Assembly: GCA_038228545.1 (NCBI GenBank)
Contig: JBBRPE010000003.1
Span: forward strand, 64,442 to 128,441
Length of the DNA: 64,000 nucleotides
Direction of reading: 5' to 3'
From: Minisyncoccia bacterium
Lineage (GTDB): Bacteria > Patescibacteriota > Minisyncoccia > Phycocordibacterales > Phycocordibacteraceae
Position numbers and translations under genes: made by a program. Shown here piece by piece: positions 29,378 through 38,235 of the stretch (its first letter is position 1; each line of letters opens with the position of its first letter). Under the pieces are notes generated by a model that saw only the letters and a list, made by a program, of their open reading frames with translations, did not search any database and was not told the origin of the DNA.

Positions 29378-30508
29378 ATGGAAACAGAAGAGAAGAAAGC
29401 TGCCCCAGTGGTAGCGTCTACGATAGTTATTGACCCGAGCCACCCGATGGCAGGGCTGATTGACTCTATCCCTACCCCACCTCGCCCAGGCGACTTGGTA
29501 GAAGGAACAATCATCGAGCTCGTCCGCGGCCGCCTCTTTGTCGACTTGCCACCGTTCGGCACCGGCATCATTTACGGACGTGAGTACCTCAACGCTGCTG
29601 ATGTGCTTCGCAAGGCAAACCCTGGCGACACCATTACGGCAAAGGTCGTTGACCCAGCAGGTATCGAAGGCTATATCGAACTTTCTCTCAAGGAAGCTCG
29701 TCAGGCAGCTATCTGGGGAGAGGCCGAGCAGGCTATCGCAGGCCAGGTGGTCTACAACCTCGTCGTTGAGGAAGCAAACAAGGGTGGACTCATCCTCTCA
29801 TGGCAGGGTATCCAGGGCTTCCTCCCTGCTTCCCAGCTCTCGAAGGACCACTACCCACGTGTACCAGAGGGCGACAAGGATAAGATTTTCGGTGAGCTCT
29901 TGAAGCTCGTCGGTGTCGCACTCCCGGTCCGCATCATTACCGCTGAGCCAAAGGAAGGTAAGCTCATCTTCTCTGAGCGCGCAGGTGATGAAGAGCAGGA
30001 AAAGGCAAACCTTATCGACAAGTACCAGGTTGGTGACGAAGTCACGGGCGAGGTTACGGGTGCTGTCGACTTCGGTGTCTTCGTTAAGCTCGAGCAGGGT
30101 CTTGAAGGACTCGTGCACATCTCTGAGCTCGACTGGGGCCTCGTGGAAGACCCACGCGCACTCTTCACGGTCGGTGACCAGGTGAAGGTCAAGGTTATTG
30201 AAATCAAGGACGGAAAGATTTCCCTCTCCATCAAGGCACTCAAGGAGAATCCTTGGAAGACCGCTTCTGACCGTTACACGAAGGGCATGGAAGTAAATGG
30301 CGTTATCATCAAGTACAACAAGCACGGTGCACTCGCTTCCATCGAGGAAGGTGTTGCCGGCCTTGTACACATCAGCGAGTTCGCTTCCCCAGTGGAGCTC
30401 CGCGAGACGCTTGAGCTTGGTAAGAGCTATCCGTTCTCCATTACCCTCTTTGAGCCAAAGGACCAGAGGATGACGCTTGCGTACTCGGGACCGAAGGGCA
30501 AAAAATAG
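29378..30508 (+). CDS. rpsA: 30S ribosomal protein S1 (four S1 domains)
   Basis: GFLPASQL, DFGVFVKL, EGLVHISEL, ISLSIK. Confidence 0.93.
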   Translation: METEEKKAAPVVASTIVIDPSHPMAGLIDSIPTPPRPGDLVEGTIIELVRGRLFVDLPPFGTGIIYGREYLNAADVLRKANPGDTITAKVVDPAGIEGYIELSLKEARQAAIWGEAEQAIAGQVVYNLVVEEANKGGLILSWQGIQGFLPASQLSKDHYPRVPEGDKDKIFGELLKLVGVALPVRIITAEPKEGKLIFSERAGDEEQEKANLIDKYQVGDEVTGEVTGAVDFGVFVKLEQGLEGLVHISELDWGLVEDPRALFTVGDQVKVKVIEIKDGKISLSIKALKENPWKTASDRYTKGMEVNGVIIKYNKHGALASIEEGVAGLVHISEFASPVELRETLELGKSYPFSITLFEPKDQRMTLAYSGPKGKK

Positions 30509-30519
30509 CTCCGCTCGCA

Positions 30520-30671
30520 TAGCGAACAGAACCGCAGCCCGACACTCAGGTGTCGGGTTTTGCGTTGTCTCCTCGTGGCGGAATTTCCCTAGAGCGCTTC
30601 GCTAGTCGGGAAATTCCTTCTCGGCTCTGCGCAAAACTACTCTGCCTTCGGAATAGCGGTTCTGTTCGCTA
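30520..30671. repeat. Palindromic repeat family A, copy 1
   Basis: 16-bp terminal stem; interior near-identical to 41429-41578. Confidence 0.9.
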
Positions 30672-30728
30672 CGCTCGCTCCGTGAGGTAGATAAGAAAAA
30701 TGAGGAAACCTCGCTTTTCCTCAGTACA

Positions 30729-30752
30729 GGGTGTCTGGTACGACGTGGGAAC
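30729..30752 (+). repeat. att-like direct repeat, site 1
   Basis: GGGTGTCTGGTACGACGTGGGAAC; 23/24 identical to 31821-31844. Confidence 0.85.
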
Positions 30753-30825
30753 CGCGATACTTGACCAAAGGAAATATTAGTATTATAGTTTCCCCACGTT
30801 TACGGGTTTCTTAGAGGAGATTCTG

Positions 30826-31209
30826 ATGCCCAAGGTAACTATGTACTTTCAAATGGACTTACTGCCCCGAGAGTTCATGCTCAAGTTCGACCACAAGAAG
30901 GCGGGATTGGCTATCCGCCAGCTGGTCGCAGACGCGGTGAGCACCGAAGGTACAATCTTCGGCATCGACGACGTGGACTTCTTACCCACTATGTATCCCC
31001 CTGGGACCCAGGTGTCGGCACCGCTCTCGTTCGAAATCGAGACCATCGGCTACACCGACCGGAAAGCGAAGTTGAGAGAGGGCCTGGTGCAGCAACTCAA
31101 GTCTGACATCATCAAGACGATGGCAGACGGGCCCTACGGCGTCGAGCTCGATCCGGACAAGCCGCTCATATGGCTAAAATTCCAGGACCCGGATGGACTC
31201 CACATCTAA
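30826..31209 (+). CDS. Hypothetical protein, possibly tautomerase-like fold
   Basis: Own promoter (TTGACC 30761-17 nt-TATAGT) and SD GAGGAG; Pro at position 2. Confidence 0.65.
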   Translation: MPKVTMYFQMDLLPREFMLKFDHKKAGLAIRQLVADAVSTEGTIFGIDDVDFLPTMYPPGTQVSAPLSFEIETIGYTDRKAKLREGLVQQLKSDIIKTMADGPYGVELDPDKPLIWLKFQDPDGLHI

Positions 31210-31300
31210 CCGCTTCTTCGGCGAAACGAAAACCAAACCTTCGTTTCGTACGAAGGGGCGGTTTTCTTTTACTTACTTATGATGACTACAATTAATTAAC

Positions 31301-31329
31301 GTGCTGGGAGTTTGGGACGACGTGGGAAC
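31301..31329 (+). repeat. att-like direct repeat, site 2 (hybrid)
   Basis: GTGCTGGGAGTTTGGGAC (as site 4) + GACGTGGGAAC (as site 1). Confidence 0.8.
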
Positions 31330-31330
31330 T

Positions 31331-31786
31331 TCAATCGACATCAACTTCCAACAAGTACTGCCTAGCCGAGTAGTAAAAGACCACGCACGCAAGCACGTCG
31401 CCGACGATATAGGTGAAAATTAAGAGCGAGGAGATTTGACTACGAGCAATGAATATTCCGCTTAGAAAATTTAATACCATTGAAATAAATATATAAAGAG
31501 TTCCTAACACGATGACTTTCTTCCGATTGGGCAATTGATACTTTTTGAGTATGTAACGACAGGCGTATTTTACTCCTAGCCAAATAGAGAAGATTTGAAC
31601 GACTTCGCCAGTAGATTGAAGTAATTGATTGGTGTATGTATCCACAAGATTAAACTTCACTACGCCTGTGAGATAAAAGAGGCCTCCGTACAAGGAAGTT
31701 GGGATTAATGCAATGAGAGAACTTATAACCACAAGCACTAACGCAACCCACCAGTTACTCTTTTCTTTTTTTATGTAAGCTTCCAT
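31331..31786 (-). CDS. Hypothetical 4-TM membrane protein, AT-rich
   Basis: Hydrophobic ORF, visibly lower GC than its neighbours. Confidence 0.7.
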   Translation of the reverse strand: MEAYIKKEKSNWWVALVLVVISSLIALIPTSLYGGLFYLTGVVKFNLVDTYTNQLLQSTGEVVQIFSIWLGVKYACRYILKKYQLPNRKKVIVLGTLYIFISMVLNFLSGIFIARSQISSLLIFTYIVGDVLACVVFYYSARQYLLEVDVD

Positions 31787-31820
31787 TTATTTGAGAATTA
31801 TGACACAAAAATCAGTGACT

Positions 31821-31844
31821 GGGTGTCTGGTACGACGTTGGAAC
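31821..31844 (+). repeat. att-like direct repeat, site 3
   Basis: GGGTGTCTGGTACGACGTTGGAAC. Confidence 0.85.
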
Positions 31845-31852
31845 TTTTTTAA

Positions 31853-32533
31853 CTAAAGGACCGGAAAGACAAGGAAAAGGAGACCAATAACTGCAATGAA
31901 TACTCCGCTAAATACCTCGCCATATTTCTCGAATGCTCCGAACTTCACCTGCTCTAAGCTCGCTGTGGAATAGACACAAAGTAAGACATAGGTCGCAATT
32001 GTGCTGATAGCAAACACAACAGCCATGACGCTAATGACACCGATACCGTACTTCCCCGCCGCAAAGAATGCCGGTATCCCCTCAATCATGGGTGACGACC
32101 CAAGTATTAAAAGGAGTGCGGTGCGGGTCTTCTTCGAGCCATGATCGTGATCTTCGTGAATGCTTCCGTCTTCGTGCGTATGGGTATGGTGACCGTGTCC
32201 GTGAATTTCCTGCCATGCAGAAAGAGCGACCCAGAGACCGAATCCGATAAGTGCTGCGCTTGAAAGTAAATCAACTGCATGTCCGAAACGAGCCGCTACA
32301 ACCACACCAGCAACCCACACAATCACACCGAGAATGAGAGTCGTAACTACATGACCCGTTCCCGCAATAAAAGCTGCACGAGCGGTTTCTCTTCGACTCC
32401 ATTTCCTATCGCGTGCAATAAGAGTGATGGGAACCCAGTGGTCGGGAACCATCGTGTGTAATACGCCAATTATTGCCACTGTAGCGACAAGCAGTAGAGG
32501 GCCACTCCCAAATAAATTAGACAAAGTATCCAT
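31853..32533 (-). CDS. Nickel/cobalt transporter-like protein (RcnA/NiCoT-related)
   Basis: LHTMVPDHW motif, GH motif, His-rich loop, multiple TMs. Confidence 0.75.
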   Translation of the reverse strand: MDTLSNLFGSGPLLLVATVAIIGVLHTMVPDHWVPITLIARDRKWSRRETARAAFIAGTGHVVTTLILGVIVWVAGVVVAARFGHAVDLLSSAALIGFGLWVALSAWQEIHGHGHHTHTHEDGSIHEDHDHGSKKTRTALLLILGSSPMIEGIPAFFAAGKYGIGVISVMAVVFAISTIATYVLLCVYSTASLEQVKFGAFEKYGEVFSGVFIAVIGLLFLVFPVL

Positions 32534-32573
32534 ATTCGGAGTATACCTTCGCGATATACATACAAGAAACCAA

Positions 32574-32597
32574 GTGCTGGGAGATTAGGACTCGAAC
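32574..32597 (-). repeat. Orphan tRNA 3'-end fragment (Gln-type); att-like site 4
   Basis: Minus strand GTTCGAGTCCTAATCTCCCAGCAC = T-loop, T-stem and acceptor strand ending CCCA-G. Confidence 0.7.
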
Positions 32598-32599
32598 TT

Positions 32600-33196
32600 T
32601 TACTTCGTATTCGCAATAAGCATCGCGCGTTCGATGTCGCCTGCGACAAATGCTTCAGTAGCTTCTACCGTACGGTCGAACATTTTCTTAAGGACTTTTT
32701 CTTCTTCCGGCTTGAACTTCCCTATCACGTGCTTGATGACTTTGTCCTCGTCACCCGGCTTCTTTATTTTTCCTTTTGCCGTACTGCCGGAAATGCCAAT
32801 CTTTATCTGAGCGAAGTCCTTGGTCTTAATGGCGCGCATAACGCTCTCAGCGCCCTTGTGACCCCCACTTCCCCGTCCGAACGTCATCTTCATGGTGCCG
32901 AGTGGCATGTCGAGCTCATCACGAATTATGAGCATTTTTTTTGCAGCTGGTTTGCTCTTCACGAAACTCGGTATAACTTTCCCGGAAAGATTCATAAACA
33001 CCTCAGGTAAGACGAGCACTACTTTCTCACCGTCTATAGTGCCCTCTGAGACAAGTGCTTTCGCAAGCTTCTTCAGTGTGAAATCCGGGAAGTGCTCTTC
33101 ACGGGCGATGCGTTCCACCGCCATGCGTCCCGCGTTGTGGCGTGTCTTCGCATATTCTCCCCCTGGATTACCAAGTCCGATGATGATGTAGGCCAT
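32600..33196 (-). CDS. pth: Peptidyl-tRNA hydrolase
   Basis: IGLGNPG..YAKTRHNAG, FMNLSG, DELD, GSGGHKG. Confidence 0.93.
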   Translation of the reverse strand: MAYIIIGLGNPGGEYAKTRHNAGRMAVERIAREEHFPDFTLKKLAKALVSEGTIDGEKVVLVLPEVFMNLSGKVIPSFVKSKPAAKKMLIIRDELDMPLGTMKMTFGRGSGGHKGAESVMRAIKTKDFAQIKIGISGSTAKGKIKKPGDEDKVIKHVIGKFKPEEEKVLKKMFDRTVEATEAFVAGDIERAMLIANTK

Positions 33197-33501
33197 TGCC
33201 GCCATAGTAGCATCTGCGCCCACCTCGCTCATCTTGTGTTATCAAACACAAACTACTGCGGTGACCACCGAGATCGCTAGGATCGCTGACACGACACACT
33301 TGGCAAAATAGACCATCATCAACTTGTGACGACCGTCACAAGTTGATGATGGTCCGGAATAGTAAATAGTGGTGGAAGACAGCGGACGGTCGTGGATAAC
33401 ATGGGCACGACGGAACGAATGTGTACGGCACTAAAGTTGTTTAGCCGAAGTTGAAGTTGTTCGAACTGGAGTACTTGGCGAAGTTGGAAATTGTCGATGC
33501 G

Positions 33502-34029
33502 CTAGCATCCACCTGTAAATGAGCCGATGCCAATATATGCATTATTAACTCCTGAGCACTGACCGTTCGATATCGTGCCACACCTGCCCGTACCAATCTG
33601 CGACGCTTTATAATTATTCATATTTTCAGGCGTGAGATACGTCAGAATGCAGTAGTCGTTGGCAGTTCCCCAAAACAGTACACCAGCTGCCCCTCCAATA
33701 GTGGCTGTGCGCGGATCGCTCACCTTACCGATATACGCTGTGAGCGCCGAGGTGAGATTGGACGCACTGGGTGTGCCACCAATCGGGTTTCCGGAAAATG
33801 TTGGGGAATCAAATGAAGTCCACGTACCTCCCGTATCGGGATAGTGTCCATAGTCGGCATTAAATGCTTCCACTGCCTTTTGTATTTCCACCATTTCCTG
33901 AATACGGCGTGAATCATTGCCTTTTATGCGTGCACTGTTCAGTGATGCAAGCACCACTGATGACAGTAGTCCGATAATGGCTATGACCACGAGTAGTTCA
34001 ATAAGCGTAAATCCCTGTGCTGTTTTCAT
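33502..34029 (-). CDS. Type IV pilin/GspG-like pseudopilin
   Basis: QGFTLIELLVVIAIIGLL; GHYP; DP. Confidence 0.88.
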   Translation of the reverse strand: MKTAQGFTLIELLVVIAIIGLLSSVVLASLNSARIKGNDSRRIQEMVEIQKAVEAFNADYGHYPDTGGTWTSFDSPTFSGNPIGGTPSASNLTSALTAYIGKVSDPRTATIGGAAGVLFWGTANDYCILTYLTPENMNNYKASQIGTGRCGTISNGQCSGVNNAYIGIGSFTGGC

Positions 34030-34031
34030 AC

Positions 34032-34316
34032 TTAGTGCTGTCCAGCGGGGTTCGGTCGCGCAGGACCGAGCGTCGTAGGTGAATTCGATTGAACTTTCGG
34101 TACACCTGTGTGAGAAAACAGAAAAATACCCGCAGCAAGTAGTGACGCAACGACAGTTACACCAAGAAGGACTAATTCCGCCTGGTGTCCGGTCTTTACA
34201 ACCTTTTTCTTCACGAGCCACGCAATCATTCCCGTCGGCGCACTCCGGACAATTTGAATATTGCTTACCGTATCGGCCCCGACCTCATCGATAAATTCAA
34301 CACCATTGACTTCCAT
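34032..34316 (-). CDS. Small hypothetical membrane protein
   Basis: MEVNGVEF...MIAWLVKKKVVK...TM; ends 2 nt before the pilin start. Confidence 0.55.
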   Translation of the reverse strand: MEVNGVEFIDEVGADTVSNIQIVRSAPTGMIAWLVKKKVVKTGHQAELVLLGVTVVASLLAAGIFLFSHTGVPKVQSNSPTTLGPARPNPAGQH

Positions 34317-34404
34317 CTCACAATAATGGCCGAGTTCAGCACATGAAGCAAGAACGTGACGTGAAAAAGTTGACGCGGAAAAAAGTAGGAATACAATTCC
34401 CGAT

Positions 34405-34956
34405 ATGAAGTTCCTCGAAGGCGCGTTTAAAGAAATACTCACCTTCATCGTTCTCGCAGTCATCATTGTCGTCCCCATCCGCCTGTTCGTCGCGCAACCA
34501 TTCGTGGTTGAAGGCGAATCAATGCATCCGACATTTGAGAGCACCGACTACCTCATCGTCGACGAGCTCACCTATCACCTCTCTGCACCGAAACGCGGCG
34601 ATGTCATCATCTTCCGCTATCCTGGGGACCCAAATGTTTTCTATATCAAGCGTATTATCGGCCTTCCGGGCGAAACCGTGCACATTGATCACGGTGTAAC
34701 GACCGTCACCAAGACAGACGGGACGACAATTTCGCTCAATGAGCCGTATGTAGTCGCTGAGGACGCTACCTACACACAGGATTCTGCCCTTGGAGCAGAC
34801 CAATACTTCGTTATGGGAGATAATCGTCCTCGTTCCTCGGATTCGCGCATCTGGGGCCCGCTTCCGAAGAAGAACATCGTTGGACGTGCCTATATTCGTC
34901 TTCTTCCATTTGGCGAAGTGGGTGTATTACCTGGAGCGGCAACCGAACCGCAATGA
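34405..34956 (+). CDS. lepB: Signal peptidase I
   Basis: GESMHPT, IKRIIGLPGE, GDNRPRSSDSR. Confidence 0.95.
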   Translation: MKFLEGAFKEILTFIVLAVIIVVPIRLFVAQPFVVEGESMHPTFESTDYLIVDELTYHLSAPKRGDVIIFRYPGDPNVFYIKRIIGLPGETVHIDHGVTTVTKTDGTTISLNEPYVVAEDATYTQDSALGADQYFVMGDNRPRSSDSRIWGPLPKKNIVGRAYIRLLPFGEVGVLPGAATEPQ

Positions 34957-36098
34957 GTACAACCGTAACAGCGTCTGATGTTTTCAAACGCGCGCACGCG
35001 GTTGGCACGTATTACGGATTTGCTTCACTCTCCTCACTCGCCGCAGAGAAAAAAGGGCAAGGTACGAAAGCTCCTTATCCTGATACGCTTAATCTCGATG
35101 CGCTCGATACGAGCGCGCGCGAAGTAACCGGTCTTCTGAAGCAGGTGCGTGACAGTGGCCTCACGCCGTCGGCGCAGACTCCACTCTTTCTCTGGCACAC
35201 GAATGCTGCACCTGGACGCCCTTCGCCAAAATCAATCATCGTGCAATTCCACGCACTCGGCGTTGAGCACGCTATTGCTGACGCAGTGCTCATACGCGCT
35301 GTTCGCTCATTCATGCAAGACCTTACGAAGAACGAGCTCAGTCTTCGCGTCAACTCGATGGGTGATAAAGAGACCCGTAGTCGCTTCGCGCGCGAGCTCA
35401 CCGGATTTTTCCGCAAGAACGGTGCCAATCTTCCTGCAGACTGCGTCGCTTGCGCACGCACCGATGTATTCGAGGCTGCTGAAAAACTCATCACCTGCCA
35501 AGGTGACGACTGTGATATTCCATCACCCACCGATCACCTTTCGGAAGCAAGTCGTAAGCATTTCGAAGCCGTACTTGAATATCTGGAAGCAACAGACACC
35601 CCGTATGAACTTGCTCCGGACATTCTCTCGCGCGGTTCTTCCTGGGCGGAAACCTGTTTTGAAATACGTGCAGATGAAAATCTACACGCTTGGGGCTCAC
35701 GCTACTCGGAGCTCGCAAAGCCATTCTTTAAAGGAAACTTCTCTTCAGTAGGCGCTGTGGTCCGCATTACACTTCCGGACCGCTCTGAAGTAGCCCCAGT
35801 AAAAGAAAGGACAAATCCTCGTTTCGTATTCGTACACATTGGAGACGAAGCGAAGCGCGAGAGCATGAAAATGGTAGACATGCTCCGTCATGCGCGTATC
35901 CCCATGACCCAGTCCATAGGCATTGAGTCCCTTACCGAGCAGATGCGTTTTGTAGACGCCCTCAACCCGCCGTACCTGCTCATTATGGGCCGTAAAGAGG
36001 CTCTGGAACGCTCCGTCATCCTCCGTGAGCGCTCAAGCCATACCGAAACCTTCATTCCCTTCGACTCTCTGGTAGACCGTCTTCGCGCGGTTGCCTGA
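34953..36098 (+). CDS. HisRS-like protein with C-terminal anticodon-binding domain, degenerate catalytic core
   Basis: LRVNSMGD, SRKHFEAVLEYL, anticodon-domain-like C-terminus; canonical motif 2 and GGRYD absent. Confidence 0.6.
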   Translation: MSTTVTASDVFKRAHAVGTYYGFASLSSLAAEKKGQGTKAPYPDTLNLDALDTSAREVTGLLKQVRDSGLTPSAQTPLFLWHTNAAPGRPSPKSIIVQFHALGVEHAIADAVLIRAVRSFMQDLTKNELSLRVNSMGDKETRSRFARELTGFFRKNGANLPADCVACARTDVFEAAEKLITCQGDDCDIPSPTDHLSEASRKHFEAVLEYLEATDTPYELAPDILSRGSSWAETCFEIRADENLHAWGSRYSELAKPFFKGNFSSVGAVVRITLPDRSEVAPVKERTNPRFVFVHIGDEAKRESMKMVDMLRHARIPMTQSIGIESLTEQMRFVDALNPPYLLIMGRKEALERSVILRERSSHTETFIPFDSLVDRLRAVA

Positions 36099-36128
36099 AT
36101 ATAGGCCGCGTGGTACATTGCAACACAC

Positions 36129-36389
36129 ATGCAAAACGCTACACGTATTGAAGTACGCCGCGGCAAGAACGAGAGTGCAGCCTCGCTTATTCGCCGTTTC
36201 TCCCGCCGTGCCCAGGGCCTTAACCTCGTGCGTATGATGCGCAAGAAGCGCTACTATGTTCGTCTTAAGTCTAAGAACGTCGACCACATGCGCGCACTCG
36301 TTTCCGGAGCTCGCAAGGCTGCGTACAACGAACAGGTTAAGCTCGGAAAAATTGACCCGACAGCTCGCCGCGTTAAGGGCAAGCGATAG
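36129..36389 (+). CDS. rpsU: Ribosomal protein S21-like
   Basis: IEVRRGKNESAASLIRRFSRR; very basic. Confidence 0.65.
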   Translation: MQNATRIEVRRGKNESAASLIRRFSRRAQGLNLVRMMRKKRYYVRLKSKNVDHMRALVSGARKAAYNEQVKLGKIDPTARRVKGKR

Positions 36390-36580
36390 AGCTTGTTAAA
36401 AGCTTCCTCTACTTTGGTACGGGTCCCAAGTGACTCACTTCTTCGTACTATGCACCCCGAGGGCATTACCCATGCACTAATTCACTGCGTTCATAAGTGC
36501 TTGGGGGCAAGTACGTGTCGTTCATCACTTTTCCCGTGTCTCGTATATGAAGCTTTTCTCCAAGCTCTTATACTGTCGGT

Positions 36581-37042
36581 ATGAGTAATCTAGATATTCG
36601 GAACTTCACCCGCAGCAAGCCTGCGGTTTTCCCGTTCGCGAAAGCAGCGGACAAGGTTCTTCCCGGGTGGGAGATTTCGCTCGTCTTCGCCGGAGAGACA
36701 CGTGCGAAGGCTCTCAATATGCAACTTCGCAACAAGGACTACGTTCCAAACGTACTCTCATATGTGTCGGGTACTAAATCGGGAGAAATCATTATTTGCC
36801 CGAACGTTGCGAAGAAACAGGCACCTGAATATGGGTTCACCTACACCCAGATGGTCGGTTTTCTCTTTATCCACGGACTTTTGCATTTGAAGGGCATGCA
36901 ACACAGCGCTACAATGGATAAGCACGAACGCGAGACACTCTCGCTCTTTATTCCTTTACCTAAATTGAATGGCCCGACGCATCGCAACCGGAATCGACAT
37001 CGGAACACACCACACGAAAGTAGTGGTGGTCGAAGAGGTTAG
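36581..37042 (+). CDS. ybeY: rRNA maturation endoribonuclease YbeY
   Basis: LN...R.KDY.PNVLSY, GEIIIC, HGLLHLKGMQH. Confidence 0.9.
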   Translation: MSNLDIRNFTRSKPAVFPFAKAADKVLPGWEISLVFAGETRAKALNMQLRNKDYVPNVLSYVSGTKSGEIIICPNVAKKQAPEYGFTYTQMVGFLFIHGLLHLKGMQHSATMDKHERETLSLFIPLPKLNGPTHRNRNRHRNTPHESSGGRRG

Positions 37043-38135
37043 CGGTCCGGAAGGAACGGCGATTCACATCATCGGCACGGGTCTTTCCCAAACAGCCGGC
37101 ATGCGCCACGGCTACGTCGTCGATGCGGAAGATGTTGCGGCAAGTGTACGCGCCGCAAAGCACCAGGCAGAGCAAACGGCGCGGGTCGCGCTGAAGAAAG
37201 GTTTCCTTGCCATTGGTGGTGTATCGCTCGATGAGGTGCGTGCGTCAGGGACTACAATAATTTCGCGAGCGGACCAGGAAATTACGGAGCTCGACATGGA
37301 CAAGACACTCGACGCCGCGCGCGAAGCCGCGGCGCCCAATTTTTTAAATAGAAAGATTCTGCATGAAATTCCACTCGAGTATCGTGTGGACGGTGCGAAG
37401 TCGCTCGGAGAGCCGTATGGCCTCAAGGGCACACGCCTGGAAGCTGATTACCTTTTCATAACGTGCCTCGCACAGCATGAGGCTTCACTCACTCAAGCAG
37501 CTGAGGCAGCAGATATTGAAGTCATCGACCGCATGGCCTCCCCACTTGCTGGCTCCTACGTCACACTCACTAAAGATCAAAAAATGAAGGGGTGTGTGCT
37601 TGCCAATATCGGGTCTGAGACCGTTTCTATAGTGGTCTACGACGAAGGTGTTCCTCTTTCCGTAAAGGTCTTCCCTGTTGGTTCAACTAATATCACTGAC
37701 GACCTCGCACTCGGATTTAAAATATCGCTTGAAGATGCAGAGCGCCTCAAGATGGGTAGACTTGGTGGCTCCATGTATCCGCGTAAGAAAGTGGAAGAAG
37801 TTATTGCCGCTCGTTTCCGACACATGTTCGATTTGATTGATAAACATTTGAAAGTACTTGGTCGCAAAGGTGCGCTTCCTGCGGGCATTATTATTTCCGG
37901 CGGTGGTTCCGGGCAAGGTTCCATTGCAGACATTGCAAAAGGTTCACTCTCACTTCCCTCGCGCATTGCAGATATGAAAGTCGGTACGGATAGCAAGGTC
38001 CGCGACGCAACGTGGGCAGTCGCGTACGGTCTCGCGCTCTGGGGACTCACTGGCGACACGGAAACACCAAAGAAAAAGCCGCTCGCAGGAATCGGAATGA
38101 CGTTTGAACGCTTTTTCAAGCAGTTTTTGCCCTAA
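36969..38135 (+). CDS. ftsA: Cell division protein FtsA
   Basis: GIDIGT, actin-like motifs, AERLK, immediately upstream of ftsZ. Confidence 0.92.
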   Translation: MARRIATGIDIGTHHTKVVVVEEVSGPEGTAIHIIGTGLSQTAGMRHGYVVDAEDVAASVRAAKHQAEQTARVALKKGFLAIGGVSLDEVRASGTTIISRADQEITELDMDKTLDAAREAAAPNFLNRKILHEIPLEYRVDGAKSLGEPYGLKGTRLEADYLFITCLAQHEASLTQAAEAADIEVIDRMASPLAGSYVTLTKDQKMKGCVLANIGSETVSIVVYDEGVPLSVKVFPVGSTNITDDLALGFKISLEDAERLKMGRLGGSMYPRKKVEEVIAARFRHMFDLIDKHLKVLGRKGALPAGIIISGGGSGQGSIADIAKGSLSLPSRIADMKVGTDSKVRDATWAVAYGLALWGLTGDTETPKKKPLAGIGMTFERFFKQFLP

Positions 38136-38235
38136 AAAGACGAAACAAACGGGACGCTTGTCAATATTTGCGTAATCACGTGCCCTGGTATCATGAGCGC
38201 ACCATATTGGCGACTATTAATTACCTGATTATTTT

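Noticed and set aside
30729-32597. CRISPR array interpretation of the recurring 24-29 bp repeats
   Set aside because: Spacing is 500-750 bp with whole genes in between; no cas genes in the window
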